Assembly (NCBI RefSeq): GCF_037042905.1
Contig: NC_087246.1
Coordinates: 4,776,001 to 4,840,000, forward strand
Source of the DNA: Lytechinus pictus
Lineage: Eukaryota
Direction of reading: 5' to 3'
DNA: 64,000 bases
The notes below the pieces were generated by a model. The model was not told the DNA's origin. It saw nothing but the letters and a program-made list of their open reading frames with translations, and searched no databases. Positions 35,613 to 49,840 of this stretch are shown one piece after another (the first letter of the stretch is position 1; every line of letters begins with the position of its first letter). A program made the translations under genes and the position numbers.

Positions 35613-37637
35613 GGCTGTTCATCTGTCATTAACTATTTGTTTAAGACGATACAGTAGTCTTCGATATATTAGCGAAAGCTTCTTTCTGATCACCAAACGG
35701 GAGTTCTATAGCGTACCTGAAATGAAGAGGATTGATCAAATTAATGATCTAACGATTTGACATTAAAGATATTATTTTGTTAATGTCCACCGACAGGAGA
35801 GGTACTCGATTATGTAACATTACCTCCTGCTCCGCGTGTCTACTAATCTGCCACTAATCTCATGGGTTAGAGGAGGGCAAATCCGAAATTATGCTTCGTC
35901 AAATACTTATCGTGGCTGGATTTGAACTCTCAGGTCACAGATATGTCGGTCTAAGATTTAAAACACTGGAATCGTGAACGATAGGTCGTAGAATACCAGA
36001 TATGATCCCCTGCTTTCCCGTCTGGTGTTTCGAATAGAATGAAGAATATTATGTTAAACAGGGCCCACTGAAAGAAGAGCTAATAACAACTGAAGTCGCA
36101 ACTCGGGGTTAATAAGAGAAAGTATATTGTGAATTGATTATTATTTTCGTTATAGGTTTTTCAAAGCGTAGGATCCCAATAAATGCACCTCAGTCATGTA
36201 AGTTATTGGTCTTTTCTTCTAGTAATAAAACTAACATTTTCTCTGTACGAAGATATTATGTCAATGAAGAGAGTGTATTGGTTAACTATAGATTCTTAAG
36301 AATGATATTCAAGTCTATTGCAAAGATGAACGTAGGATACAGAACTTTCTTTTATAATTGTTTCTCCTTTGATAATTTCGAAATGATAAAACATAATCAA
36401 TTGAAACATAAATTTAATCAAGCAAATTTGTGGTTAGGTTTAAAACGCAAAGTAATGAAAGAAAAAGGGGAAATTGAAATTGCTCCTTAGAACATCTCGA
36501 ATGAATATTAAAATTCTTAGATTATACTAGAGTCAGATAGGAATCCTTAGTTATGACGTTGAAATTCATCTGAAGTGTTTTGCCTATTAAGAAAATTTTG
36601 TGACGAGTAGTAAGTATGAATGGATCTTTAAAATCCGAGTCCTATTGATGATATCAAGGTAATTTAGTGGAATGAAATTGAATTTTACTGAAATTTAAAT
36701 GAAATGAAAAATGACATACTGTACTTACAGACTTTGACAAACTAGATACAAACACCGATTGACTCATGTCAGCTTTATAAGATATACCTGAGATAACACG
36801 ATACTTATAACTATTTATATAGGTAATTTCTTTCGTACCCTCTTTCACGCTGGACATCAAAAAAGGGAGAAAAAGGTAAATGAATAACAACAACAAAATT
36901 GTGAACGGAGAAGAAAAGGCAAGATTGATGAGTAAATAATCTACTGTCATTATGAAATGAAACTGAACTGATGGATTTTAGTTGGTCATCTATAAGCTGC
37001 ATAATATCCATGTTTGGAATAAACTTGTCTCTTGGAATATTAATATTGAATTATTTCTTTTCCAACTTTGGGTGAGTTCACTAGTGGTTTCATGATTAAT
37101 GGAGAATTGAATTCTATTTCCAGTTTTGAAAGTCAAAGTAAGTGAAAGATTTAGGTAAAAGGTTGGCTCGATTTCAAGGTATATAGTAGATTAGTGTGAT
37201 ACGCCCAGTTATTCATAATAAAAAAGGGCGTTTTGCACAGGATGTGATAAGCCTTTGCTTTTTATTCTCCCCTTTTCTTTAAAAAATATATTACGAATTT
37301 CTTTTAGGATAACATATCAAAACAACTCTAATCCTGAAGTAACAATCTTTGAATTTAACCGCTACAAATAAGTGTTAGCCCCAAGCGCATAAGAGAATTA
37401 TCTTGTCAATCAGAGGTGCAAATGAATGAATATATATATATTTTTTTTAATATAGTGGGACAGAATTTATACATACACACACACACACACACACACACAC
37501 CCACGCACCCACAACCCTCAATGTATTGATTACGGTTTTAAAATATTTTTTTGCAGCCTAATGCAAACAATGTTCAACATTTTTTTAAAAATCAGATTGT
37601 GTCAGAAATAAAATGTGATCACATACGGAAAGTATAT

Positions 37638-37676
<39 letters not shown>

Positions 37677-37819
37677 AACATACACTGCAAAAACTCTGGT
37701 GTTGATTTAACACCAGCCCAGAATCTATATATGTCCACACCAGAGAAGTATTGAAACAACACCAGTTTGGAATCAAATCGATGCTGTTTCAATACTAATT
37801 GGTGTTGTACAAACACCAG

Positions 37820-37860
<41 letters not shown>

Positions 37861-38583
37861 CCGCGTGAGTCAACAAAAACTTGACACCTTAAAAATTCCT
37901 AATTCAAAGAAAAATATGCCCTTTTGACATTTGACATTAGTCGTTTTCGGATTTTTTTTCTTAATTTGTTCACATTGTTACACTTTTCTAAAAAGAGACG
38001 TATAAATTACCCAAAGCCACAGGCTCTTATAATACTGTAAAATATTAGAAAATATCAAATTCCTACGGGTTTAATAATTGAGGTTTCAGTTGCAATATAT
38101 TTCCCATTAGCAAACACCACAAAGTATCAAAATAAAAACATTAATAAAGCCATGATAGCTGCGTAATATCACTTAATCGTAAAAGATTTAAAGTTAGTAT
38201 ATCGACAAATTCCTGTATCAAGATTTAATACTGGTATTCATCTATTTTTGTACAGTGCATTTTCTAGATGACTAAATTTAGAAGAGCATCCTTTTTAGGT
38301 TATTTAGGTTATTTTTTATGATCTTACCCTAACCTATGACTAACTTTAAAGGGTAACTTATTTATGCATATTCAAACTTACAATGAAGATTTAACGACAG
38401 TCTTTAAAATTTGAATTTTCAATAAACATTGCCGTTTGTAACTCTGAGTTTAGTATAATTTGAAAAATATTTTTCAACATCGAACATCGAATTGCTACCC
38501 CCAAAACAGTGGAGTTTTACTACGACTGAGAGACCGATATTTTTGTAGCTTTATTTTTCTTCTGTTGAACGTTTTATTCTTAA

Positions 38584-39161
38584 AGGGGAATCCAGCCTTG
38601 GCCATAAAATGTTGTGATGGGAAGGAGAAAAATAAATTTAACAGAATGGTGAAAGTTTGAAAGAAATCGGACAAGCAATAAGAAAATTATAGCTGCTTTA
38701 AATTGAGATCACTAATATTATGTAGATTTCAAATTTGCAACTGGGTAAGTAAATTATGACAAGGGGCAAGGACAACTTTCCCATAGGCCATGTACTTAAT
38801 TATCAGGGATTTGTGATTTTCTCCTTAGTACCCATTCCCCTGGGCAAGTAATGTAAATATAACCCAGGCAGTATACTGTTTCATGTCCTCATGAAAGAAA
38901 AATATAATTTGAAATAAAACCTTTGGGAAAAATGACATTTGAGCCAAAATATGTATTGGAGTACATGGAACAGTAGTCCTTGCCTTACATCACTATGACA
39001 TCCTATATGTGGTCAATTTGAAGTCTCCATGGGTATAGTGATTACCAATAGTTACAACTTTTAAAAATTCATAACTTTCTTGTTGTTTGTCCAATATTGT
39101 TCAAACTTTCACCTATCAACTTATCTGATTTTTCAAGTTTTGATTTGGATTGGATTCCCCT
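38584..39161. mobile_element. TTAA-flanked Kolobok-like MITE
   Basis: TTAA|aggggaatcca ... tggattcccct|TTAA. Confidence 0.8.
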
Positions 39162-42100
39162 TTAACAATTCTCATTTTGATTGACCCCCTCATTGTGACA
39201 GACCAATGATTCAATGATCCCCAAGAGTGTGATCAAACCTAAGGAAGCGAAAACACAACACAAACCCTTTCATATTGCCCTGCTTCTATGCCCACTGCCC
39301 TAGGGAATAATATACTTATCATGCTGATAGGTGAAGCACGCCCCGGGGGATGAGGGGGGGGGGGGGGGTTCCGGCAAATAACAGACAAAAAAACTACAAA
39401 AACACAAGCTAACATAGTATTTCGTCATCCAACATAAAGGTGCCCCTTACAATCTCTTCTGACAGTATTTCACGAAGCAGGTGAATTTAAGAAAAAAAAA
39501 GAAGATCTGCTCGTAAAAGACTGAACATGAAAATAACTTTTTAGATCACCCCACCCCTCTCTTTCATAGTTGTAAAATCTATTTATTCACAATTTTAAAA
39601 TGAAATCTTCCGTTTGTTAGATTTCTCAAAAGCATACTCTCCCATCTCAAGATAAATGATACTAAAATTATTTATTTAAGGGCCACGCAATAACGGTATA
39701 GGGTCACGAAAACATCGAAAATTACTTGTAATTATAAACAATTGTCTATTGATGTGGCAGTCTGTGTTCTGAAAAATAATTTTTTCTGCCTGTTATGAAC
39801 TGTTGATGTCCATATTTTATCGATCATACCAACATTACAGAAATGACTCTTCCTGATGAATATTGCACAGCGTTGAAATACATGTAAACTACTGGTATAA
39901 CAATAGCTAACATACACCAAATGCTACATAATGGGACTTAGCGGGTAAGGTCTGTCACTGGAGCATTAAAATGACAAAGAAACAGATAATTTCACAAATT
40001 AATATCTGACAAAGACAGAGGACTAACTATTACATGTAGCTACAGGGGCGACGGAACCGGGGGGGCGGGGGGCAGTTGCCCCAAAAAAGAATTCAGCGTA
40101 GGAAAAAAGTGCCTTTTTTCAAAATGGAAAATGCCCCTCTTTCAAAGTGAAATGTGCCCTTTTTCAAAATGAAATACTCTTTTTAAAGTAAGACAATACA
40201 TTTTAGGTTAGAGAATCTCAAAATTTTGGGCTCGCGCTTCGCGCTCTCATCAATCAATTGTTTAATAAGGCACTTATTATGGAAATTGCCCTTTTTTCAA
40301 AATGATATATTTTAGGTTGAAATATCACAAAATAAGCCAGTTTGTAGTTCCACTCTGCTCATGATCAGAGGAAGGTCATTCGTACTAAAGTGACATGGTA
40401 GTTTAAAATTTAATGAGATAAGCACCAACTTTGATGTCTTGATTATTCATGTATATTTTTAATTGTGTTTTTCATTTACATCCACAAAAACAACAATGCA
40501 TCACGAACGACTGGTATTTCACAGTTTGCCAGTACATTGTACAACATGCTATAATATGCATTCAAAGTAGAAAAGCAACAAATAGTGTCCATTGGTGTGC
40601 TGTTCTAGTCACCTATGGTCTATTCAATTTCTTCATCCTGCTATGCAAGGCATGCTTACGTAATATCTTGCTTTGAAATCTGTCTATCACAATGAAAGAA
40701 ATGAAAGGTCAGTTGAGCAAAAATTGTCCCTGAAGTAACTACGAACTGGTCCATTTGGTGCGATATGTATCCTATTCATGAGTCACTAAATGCAGTCCTT
40801 ACAGGTTACTTTTCTGGTTAGTATATTGAAATTTTCAGCTCGCGCTTCGCGCTTGCTTTAATTCTTTAGCAGCTACATATCTTTTTCATGATTAAAAAAG
40901 TCCTCGGAATGTTTAATTTTCATGTCTTATTACATCAAATGTCCAAAGGTTTGAGCTCTCGTTCGCTCTTGCAACATCTCGCAAGCATGCCCTTTTAACA
41001 GAAATTAACGCCCTAATTCACCAAAAGCGAGTTTTACAACCTCAGATTTGATTTTTTTTCCAAACCGCTCGCTCGCGGATGAGCCTAAATATATATCTTA
41101 TCAATCCGAAATCACTTCAAAATGGTTTAATCAAACTTGATTACTACAAAATACACAACTCCTTCACTTAGATGATAATCTCATGGTGAAAATATCCGTT
41201 TGCATCCAAATGCCGGTTTTGACATATAAGTGCCCTTTTTGGCTTTGCCCCTCCCCCAAACGAAAATACGTTCCGCCTCCCCTGTGCAGCTAAGAAGGAA
41301 GCAAGAACAAGTTGAAATGATAGTACTGATGACAATAACAATAGTAAAAACAATAATGATACTACTAATAATAATATTAGTGATAAATATAAAATTAATG
41401 CTACTACTACTACTAATAATAATGATAATAATAATAATAATAAATAATAATAATAATAAATAAATGTTCAATTCTTTATTTCTCAAGAATTAATGAAAAT
41501 CTCTTTGAAAGTAATTACGAACATGCGTAGCATGATCATGTACCCTGCAAATCCGTTTGCATTTCGGTTCCCGTGGACAGGGGACGTCATTGTAACACAT
41601 CACAACATGCATTTATAATTTAAAAAAAAGATAATGACTATATTCATATCAATAATGACATCAATTATGAAGTAACAATAAAATATTATGTGAAGAAGAC
41701 GACGAAAAGGGATAAAGGGCGAACAAAAAAGTAAAAAGAAGAAGGAAGAGAAGAAGAAGAAGGAGGAGGAGGAGAAGAAGAAGAAGGAGAAGAAGAGGGA
41801 GAAGGAGAAGAAGATTAAAAAGAAGAAAAAGCAGAAGAAAAGGGAGAAGAAGAAGTTATCATACCAGTATATAGTTTGAATATTCTCAACAAAGGACCCT
41901 GGATGACATACAAAATAATCAATATGTAAACCAAGGTTCTTATTTAATGAAACATCGTACCGGAAGTTAATTGAGATGGGGTACTGGGGAGGGAGAAAAT
42001 ACAAATGCTCCTCATAATTATTCCATGGCGTGATTGCTTTGATTACGTAACTTGACACAATACTTTTTCGACGATGAGAACAAATTTGTTCAAATTAGGT

Positions 42101-42246
42101 TATGTACACAGCATGAACTGCACAATGCTATCACAAAACCAAAGTTACTTATACCACACTCATTTACTATAATGTTATATGTTACTGTTATTGATTTCAT
42201 TATTTAACTTCACAGATAATACTAAATAATAAAATTATCATGAATA

Positions 42247-42588
42247 CACTGTTAGAAAATTTCTACTTAAAAAAACCCCCAAAATTCCTGCAGCAGAGAC
42301 TCGAGAACACCTGTTATCTTATATTGCACTGTGTAATCTTACATGCATTTGTGTAAAATTACAGAAAAATGATATTTGGTGTATGTAACCTTACAATTTT
42401 ACTGTAATAAAACTGGTTCCCCCTTCTTAAAAAAAAACAGACCACTTCTGTAATATTGTAGAAAAATTGTAAAAAAATCTTAAATAATTTACAGAATCAT
42501 CAAATTTTCGGCATTAATCCTATTTGTTCAAGATCGCATGCTCGATCTTTAATGAAAATCATAAGTCAGATTTTGTTTTACTACAGTG
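42247..42588. mobile_element. CACTG-ended (CMC/EnSpm-like) MITE, 2-bp TSD TA
   Basis: TA|cactgttagaaaa ... ttttactacagtg|TA. Confidence 0.65.
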
Positions 42589-45500
42589 TAGTTTGTATTG
42601 TAAAATCTACCTTATTCTTAAAAGAAAATAATGAATGTATCGAATAAATTGATCGGTCAATAAACAATTAAAACAATGATAAATAATAGATATGTTTAAC
42701 AATATGAATTAATGAATAGAAAAAAGATGAATCAATGAAGGAATATTCATTAACAAAACAAAACAAAAGAAGCATAGCAATAGGAGATTACTTGAATTAG
42801 TTTTCAAGATTGTAAGAAAAATCCAATATATTTCACTGACATGACTAAACGAGTATGCATTCTTTTTTTTCACATTTATTTGTTTTACAAGAAAAAGACA
42901 ATACAATTATGATAATTTTCACATGGCACATAATAATTGTTTGCAGTTTTTTCTTGTAAATATTTTCATGATTATTCGGGCGAACACTGGTTGGGCCTGT
43001 TACGATCAGATGACGCAGATACGACAGAATGGGTTCGAAATATAATTTGATTTCATCTTCTTCAAATGATATTTAAGAAATCTTAAGAAGGTATTTGAGA
43101 AATTAATCAATGAAGAATAAAACATTTCTGAGTCTCTTCTGATCAAGTGTTTACGTCGAAATGTACTTGAACCACTATATTCCTTAAAGTACTCTTGAAT
43201 CGTGTACCATTTGTATTGTTTCTCGGCGCCTACCATTTTCTGTATGATTTTTAGAAATGAATGAAGTATAACGAGAATTTCTAAGAATCTCCTTTGAATC
43301 CTCTTTGAATCCTCTTGATGAAATAACAATCACACAGTTTTTATTATGAATAATTAAAAAATCCTTACTTCGCATTATTAAATTGTTTATTCTTCAAATT
43401 TGATAGATTAGATTTTTCTATAGATTCTTTGAAGTGAAAATGTACATTATATAGCAATATGCAAGTAAAATAAATTAAAAATAAATGATAAAATGTAGAA
43501 ATTAAAAAAAAATTGCTTTTAATGTTGTGTTTCTTGTTTTCTTGTTCATGTTCTTCTTTTTTTTTTTCCTTTTTAAGATATTGAGAGTAATTATCTTATG
43601 ATACTTAATCATTCAAGTTAAGAACGCTATATGCATTTTCATTGGTAAAACAATACGTGTATCAACCAGCCAATATGCTTGTTTTATTTATTTTGAGAGA
43701 GAGGAGGGGGGGGGGAGAATGTACATATTGTAACCAATGAGGCCTTTTTGAATGCTCATGTCATTTTATCAAGTATTAACCATAAAAAATAACAACAGTG
43801 CGCTTAGAAACGCCCGTAGTAGTAGTAGTAGTAGTTGTAGTAGTAAAATGGTAGTAAAATAGTAGTAAATAGTAGTAAAATAAATGTGAGATCATCATGT
43901 TCATATCTTCCGTAGATAAGAAGAATATTAGAAAAATGCCTTTTATCTCAAGCTTTGAGCTGTATATAAAAGTTCATTAATCATTCAATTAGGTCATCAT
44001 GCTATTTTTTTCTCAGATATTCTGTGAAGATGATCTATCCATTATTTTCTTTGAAGTATGTTGCTAATGCGGGGTTTAATACCCTCATTCTGTTCACTCT
44101 CTATACCCCGAGGATATGGATATCAGCGCTGGGGAACAATAGGGATTTTTTAATACGGAAATTTGGAAGGATAGGGGGAAACACCGAAAATAGTGGGTGT
44201 ATAAAATAATGAAATAAAAATAAATACATAACAAATTTACAAGTAGAATGAGATTACTGCTTTACATTTCTTGATGCTATCTTGCGCCTACTCAATACAG
44301 TCTAGTTTGGAAATATTTCATTTCAATTCAATCCAATAATCATTTAGATTCAATCTTTGCATGAGAACATGATTTTAAAATACATAAATACATGCATACG
44401 ATTCCATAAACACTGTATTGTAGAAGACAATGACGGAAATTAATGTGCACATTTATAAAAGAAAATTCATGAGGGTTCTGCAGGATAAGTTTCCGAGTCT
44501 GTCTAATGATTTAACTTTATAGCCATCCTAACCAACTATTTGATAATTAGTCAGCTGCCAGTGGGGAAAAGAGCCAACCCATATATATATATATATATAT
44601 ATATGGCGTATTGGGGAAAAAATCTCTAAAATGTTGCGAGAAAGCGAAGCGAGCGAGCAAAAATGTTGACATTTTTATTACAAATATCAAATTTTGTGAT
44701 AGATTTTGACATAATTATCAGAAAATACTATTATATTTCACCCTTCTGGCTTCCTTTTTTCCGTTTCCTTTTTTTCCTTGGTCGTGACTTCTTTTTTTTT
44801 TGGGGGGGGGAGCAAACGCCCCAAGCCCCCTTCTACACGACAATGTCAGCTACTCTTGAGTTCAAGTCTCCTATTTTATATTGCGCTGATGCACACCTGA
44901 CTATACCGACGTTCTGGTCGATGTCCAGCCACTTTATGCATGTTGGGTATTGCTTTCAGTTTTCAGGGGGCCATTGGTATTAATCTAATTGTCTTTACAG
45001 CCCATCATCACTATTCACCAAATCTGAACAGTTTTGTATGCATTTATTTCATTCATAGATTCAAAATACATTTACAAACATAGTGATATAAAGACACAAA
45101 AATAAAAATAATTCATGAACGGGAAATGAGCTTGAAAGGCAGATCGCCTTATTAGTGCTGGCATCGTGCTGATACCAAAAAGGAGCAAATAAACATTATA
45201 CAAACCTTATACAACACCTAAAAGTTAACAAGGTATAAATCGGTGTTCATGTGAAGTCGTGTTATATATCAGTAAATGCATCTTTTTAATTATTATTTAT
45301 TGGACAGGTCTACCATAATACAGTTTTACATTCTTCGAATTATGAAATATTATGAACTGAAAACAGCTCTACAGCTGTTCTTTATCCGGACTCAGGGGCG
45401 TTAGAGATTGTTACATTTGAGTTTTTCTTCCACATATTACTTTGTAGTAAAAATCATTAAATTCATGTGTATTAAATCTCATTTTCAATTTGAACATCAA

Positions 45501-45844
45501 TTTCAAGTTTGTTTCATAACCCCTTCGCTCGGCTCGACGATTTTCCTCATAGCCAAGCCTGGGGACCAGGGGTGCAGAAGCACCCTCTTGAAGTGCTGCT
45601 GCATTATGTTATTCCCCATAGGCAACATCCACGGAAATTAAGTGAGTGTGAAAAATGTAGATTTGTCCCAAATCTCCTAAAAATTTTAGGGAAACTTTTT
45701 TGGGGATTTGGTTATAAACAAACTCTCACCATCTCTTTAAAAAATGTTCCCAGGCCCCTGCTTTTTCTAAAACATCTTCTCTAAGCAATCTTGTTTGATA
45801 AATTATAAATTATGCTTGGTTTAGAGTTTGAATATATTACTTAC

Positions 45845-46006
45845 CAGCACACTTCCTACGCTTTATATGGGGGTGGTGGTGACCATGATGTATTCATAAT
45901 TAATGTCGATCAACATATTCAGCCATCTTGCTCCTGCAACATTGTTCCGTTCTTTATTGTCATCTCTTCATTCTTCCTTGTATAGATTGAGTATGTTATC
46001 ACAAAT
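45845..46006 (-). other. Candidate non-coding 5' UTR exon of the GFRalpha/RECK-like gene
   Basis: tttcattctag acceptor and ctg|gtaagt donor in non-repetitive sequence; splice signals only. Confidence 0.35.
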
Positions 46007-46194
46007 CTAGAATGAAACAGCAAATAGAAAATTGCTATAGCTCTCAATCATTTGCAAAACGCACTTAATCACATGATAAGCACTGAGAATGTTTCATTCT
46101 AAAGGTTGTTTTCTCTCTCTCTCTCTCTCCCTCTCTTTGATTAATGATTGTGATCTGGTAGTGATTTTTTTTACCTGATTGCTAAGAAAGCATG

Positions 46195-46370
46195 AATGCC
46201 TGTAAGTAAGCAACTAGATGATCGACGGTTTAAGGTCCTCTACGAAAGACCTTGTAATGAAGCCTAATGCCTTACCGAAGGGCACTATAGCGCACCAAGT
46301 GGGAATCGAACCCGGGTCACCGGAATCAGAAACACCCGCTCTATTATACCGACTGAGCTATCGCGCCTCC
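46195..46370 (-). mobile_element. tRNA-derived SINE, second family
   Basis: Minus strand gcgatagctcagtcggta...cgggttcgattccc followed by a gtgcccttcggtaaggc SINE core. Confidence 0.7.
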
Positions 46371-49300
46371 TCTATATATTGATCATATTGATGATAACTA
46401 GAAACAGAAAACCTCTTACCCCCCAAAAAAAATCGAACGGGAAGCAATTCTAAAGTAGAATCTAGAGAAATGATTGACTAGATTAGAGTACTTATGATTC
46501 GAATAAGAGTACTGGTTCGGTCATACTGAATTATATCCTGATTACAAGAATGGTATTACAATAGTAAAGGAAAAAGAGGCCTATACGTGAAATAATGGCA
46601 TAAAAAACAATCGCTTTTCAAATCATGTCGGTATGCAAATGAGGGAAACGATGACATCACATTTCAATGAAGATGTTTCCCTAGTGAGAAATCTTCAAGA
46701 AAATTAAATATTAAATATTTCATATAAAAAAATACTTATGAAATAGTGAGCGTGTGATATCACTGTCTCATTTGCATACATTTTGCATGACTTACCAATT
46801 TATTCAAATCCATATTTTTTGGGGTTAGACTTGTCTTTTAACAATACTTATTCTTATTACTTTAGAAAAGTATTAAGAAAAAAAACTTCATGCATAATTA
46901 TGTTGGATATCATTGCATTTTCATCCATTTGAATTTCTTTCAGAATGTACATATCATTATGTCGCAAATTAAAGACATGTTAAAATGAAATCATGATTGC
47001 ATTCGTCAGAACTGCTAAGAAGGAAGGAACTTTGTTTTTTTATTTTCTTCAATTTACATGAAAATTATGAACAGTATGAAAAGAATGCACAACTCAGGGA
47101 AACGCACATTAAAACCCATCATCAGGTTCTTCACCATGTAGACAAAAATATGAAGGATTTCAAAGACTGAAATAGTACAGACGTTATAGAATGGCCTATT
47201 AGTAAGCAACGATTTTCAGTTATCCCGACAAAATTGACATATAAATTTTTATTCTAATTTCATTGCGATGTTTATCCAGATGAACACAATTTATAAATGC
47301 TTTATTGATTGATCCTCATCCAATGATTGAAAATGGAATTATTTTTAGGTATCCTGCATAGTAAAAAAAAAAAAAAAATGTACGTCAAAACTGTCCACAT
47401 TATTAATTACTTGCATTAATGGCGAGTTACGAAACATCCCCAGTCCAACCACAATATTAACAGATAAGTTGAACAACCAAAAGCACAATTACTTGACGCT
47501 ATATATAGTTGATATGTTATGCTCGACATAAAAATAAGAGTGAATTACCATGCTGACGACGACCTGTTAGAAAGCAGAGCCCGTCTGATGTACATGATGT
47601 CCTCTTTTTATACGTGAAAGCAAGATGTAGGCAATTCACAATCACAGGGATAAATGGCGGTTGTGTTACTCTGGAGATGGCAAATGGATCGGCCCACGTG
47701 AAGCTTACTGTGTCCTCTAATATGCGCACTACTGCCCACGCGTGATTTTTCTTTTCTCCATCTGACACTTCGTGCATCTTTTATTGATGATGATAATGAT
47801 GGTGCTGGTGTTGATTGTGATGGTGTTGGTAGTTTAAGGGGAGAATAAATTGATGATGATTACAGGGGCCGCGGAAGCGGGGGGGGGGGGGAGGGGTAGG
47901 GAAGCAGCCTGCCCCGGGAGGATTTCGCCAGGAAAATAAAAACCAAACATATACGGGAAAGTAAGAAAGGGAAAGAGAAATAAAACAACGGAAAGGGGGG
48001 AAATGGGAAAAAGATAATCGAAAAGGAAAAGATAAAAAATGAATAAATGACATAAAGACTCGCTTGCTTGGCTCGCACGAGACTTTTCAGAAATTTTTCC
48101 ATCATTTATTATGTTTTCCCCCTTGATGTGTCAATCAGTGGGCGTATTCTTCTGGATGGCTCATAAAAAAATAACAAAGAGCATTAATGAAATTTATGAA
48201 TGTTCGTTTGATGTTCATGCATCTTTATTATTTTGCCAGTATATATGAGTATTCTTTATCTATAATTCCTAGAATTTTATAGAAATACCATATAAATGAA
48301 ACCCCTTCGCAAATTGACACAGATTACAATAATCGCACTTGACACAATATTTTGGGATATAACTTAATTGCCCAACAGTTAAGAGTAATCAGGAAGAGTA
48401 AAGATAGAAATGTTGTTCATTTATACAGCTGGTATGTATTATGATAACCAACCTGAACTAAACTCTGAGATATATACTTTACAATACTAATTTGGCTATT
48501 GCGAAAATGGGTGTGGACTGTTTATATCTTTTATATCTTTTTAAAAATACGTTCAATTTGTATATAGTTGCTTCAGTCTATGATTTCATTATTTAGATTT
48601 AGGTTTTCAGTTTCAACTCAGCTGTCTGTCACCTTTTTTAAACTCTTGTTTCCATTTAAAGGAAAGAAGAATATTAATAAGAAATGACGAGAAAGAAGAA
48701 AAAGTTAAGATGAAAAGGGTAATGGTGATGAAGATGAGTTAGAAAAAGAAGATAATATTATAACAAAAAATATTATTAATATGTAGGCTAACGGGTGAGT
48801 CAGGAGTGAAGAAAACAGTGGATTGGGAGGGGAGAGAGGAGGACTGGAGAGATTTACCAAACACTGTTTGGGGGCTGCATGTACCTTTCGGAAGATGTTG
48901 GCTATTACATGTATTAGGTCGCAGGACATGCAGACAGTAAGTATCACCAGGGAATTAATGAAGTAATCATAGCACTAGTATTTTATTCTGCGATAGTAGA
49001 AGCGGCCAGACATCCCCACTCTCTCTCAGTCTGCTCTCTCTGTCGAATTAGCTGTCTTTCTGTCTCTCCTTTTCTCTTCCGAGTATCCCTCAAATCCACC
49101 AACAAGGATCAACACTTTTTGTTTGACAAAATTTAATAATTTTCAGCATAATAATATTTGCGAAGAGGTCAATATCATATTTCAGCCAGTTTCAGCTTTG
49201 ACTCTGCACACAGAGTAGGCCGAACAATTCTTTAATGTCCATGATGATTATCAATCAGGAAGTATATAGGCCTAGGGGTCAAATTTACCATGCCATTATT

Positions 49301-49840
49301 GTATACGTCACTTTGACCTTGTACTTCTATGTAGATTGACAGAGTCAATACTGTAAACAAACGTAGAACAGCGTAGGCCTATTGTAGTAAATATAACGTT
49401 ATTTTGGAAACCTTCTGCAGTGCACTGCAAATTGTTTATTTTTTTCTTGAAAATTATGTAGGCCTATATCGAAATTACTACAGTATTAGGCCTGCCAGTA
49501 GTAATGTGTTTTATATATTTACATGCTCTCCGTTTGTGCAATCTTTTGGTTAAACGGGAGATCATGCAGGATCCCCCAAACCATATTTTAGGCTTTCCTG
49601 AATAAAACGTGCATCCTGTATAAAATACGTATATACATGTACCTGTAAAAGGGTAATGGATCGAATAACGGTCCCTTTTTTCACAGTTAGGATGCTTTTT
49701 CTGAAAGCCGCTCCCACACTCTCATTATAACTATATATATACGCCCCTATATTGTATTTGTTATTTTCTATATCGTCAAACCATGGAGCTACTAAGCTCC
49801 TTGGTCAAACTATACTTGTACTATCGTCGCTTTCTATCAA

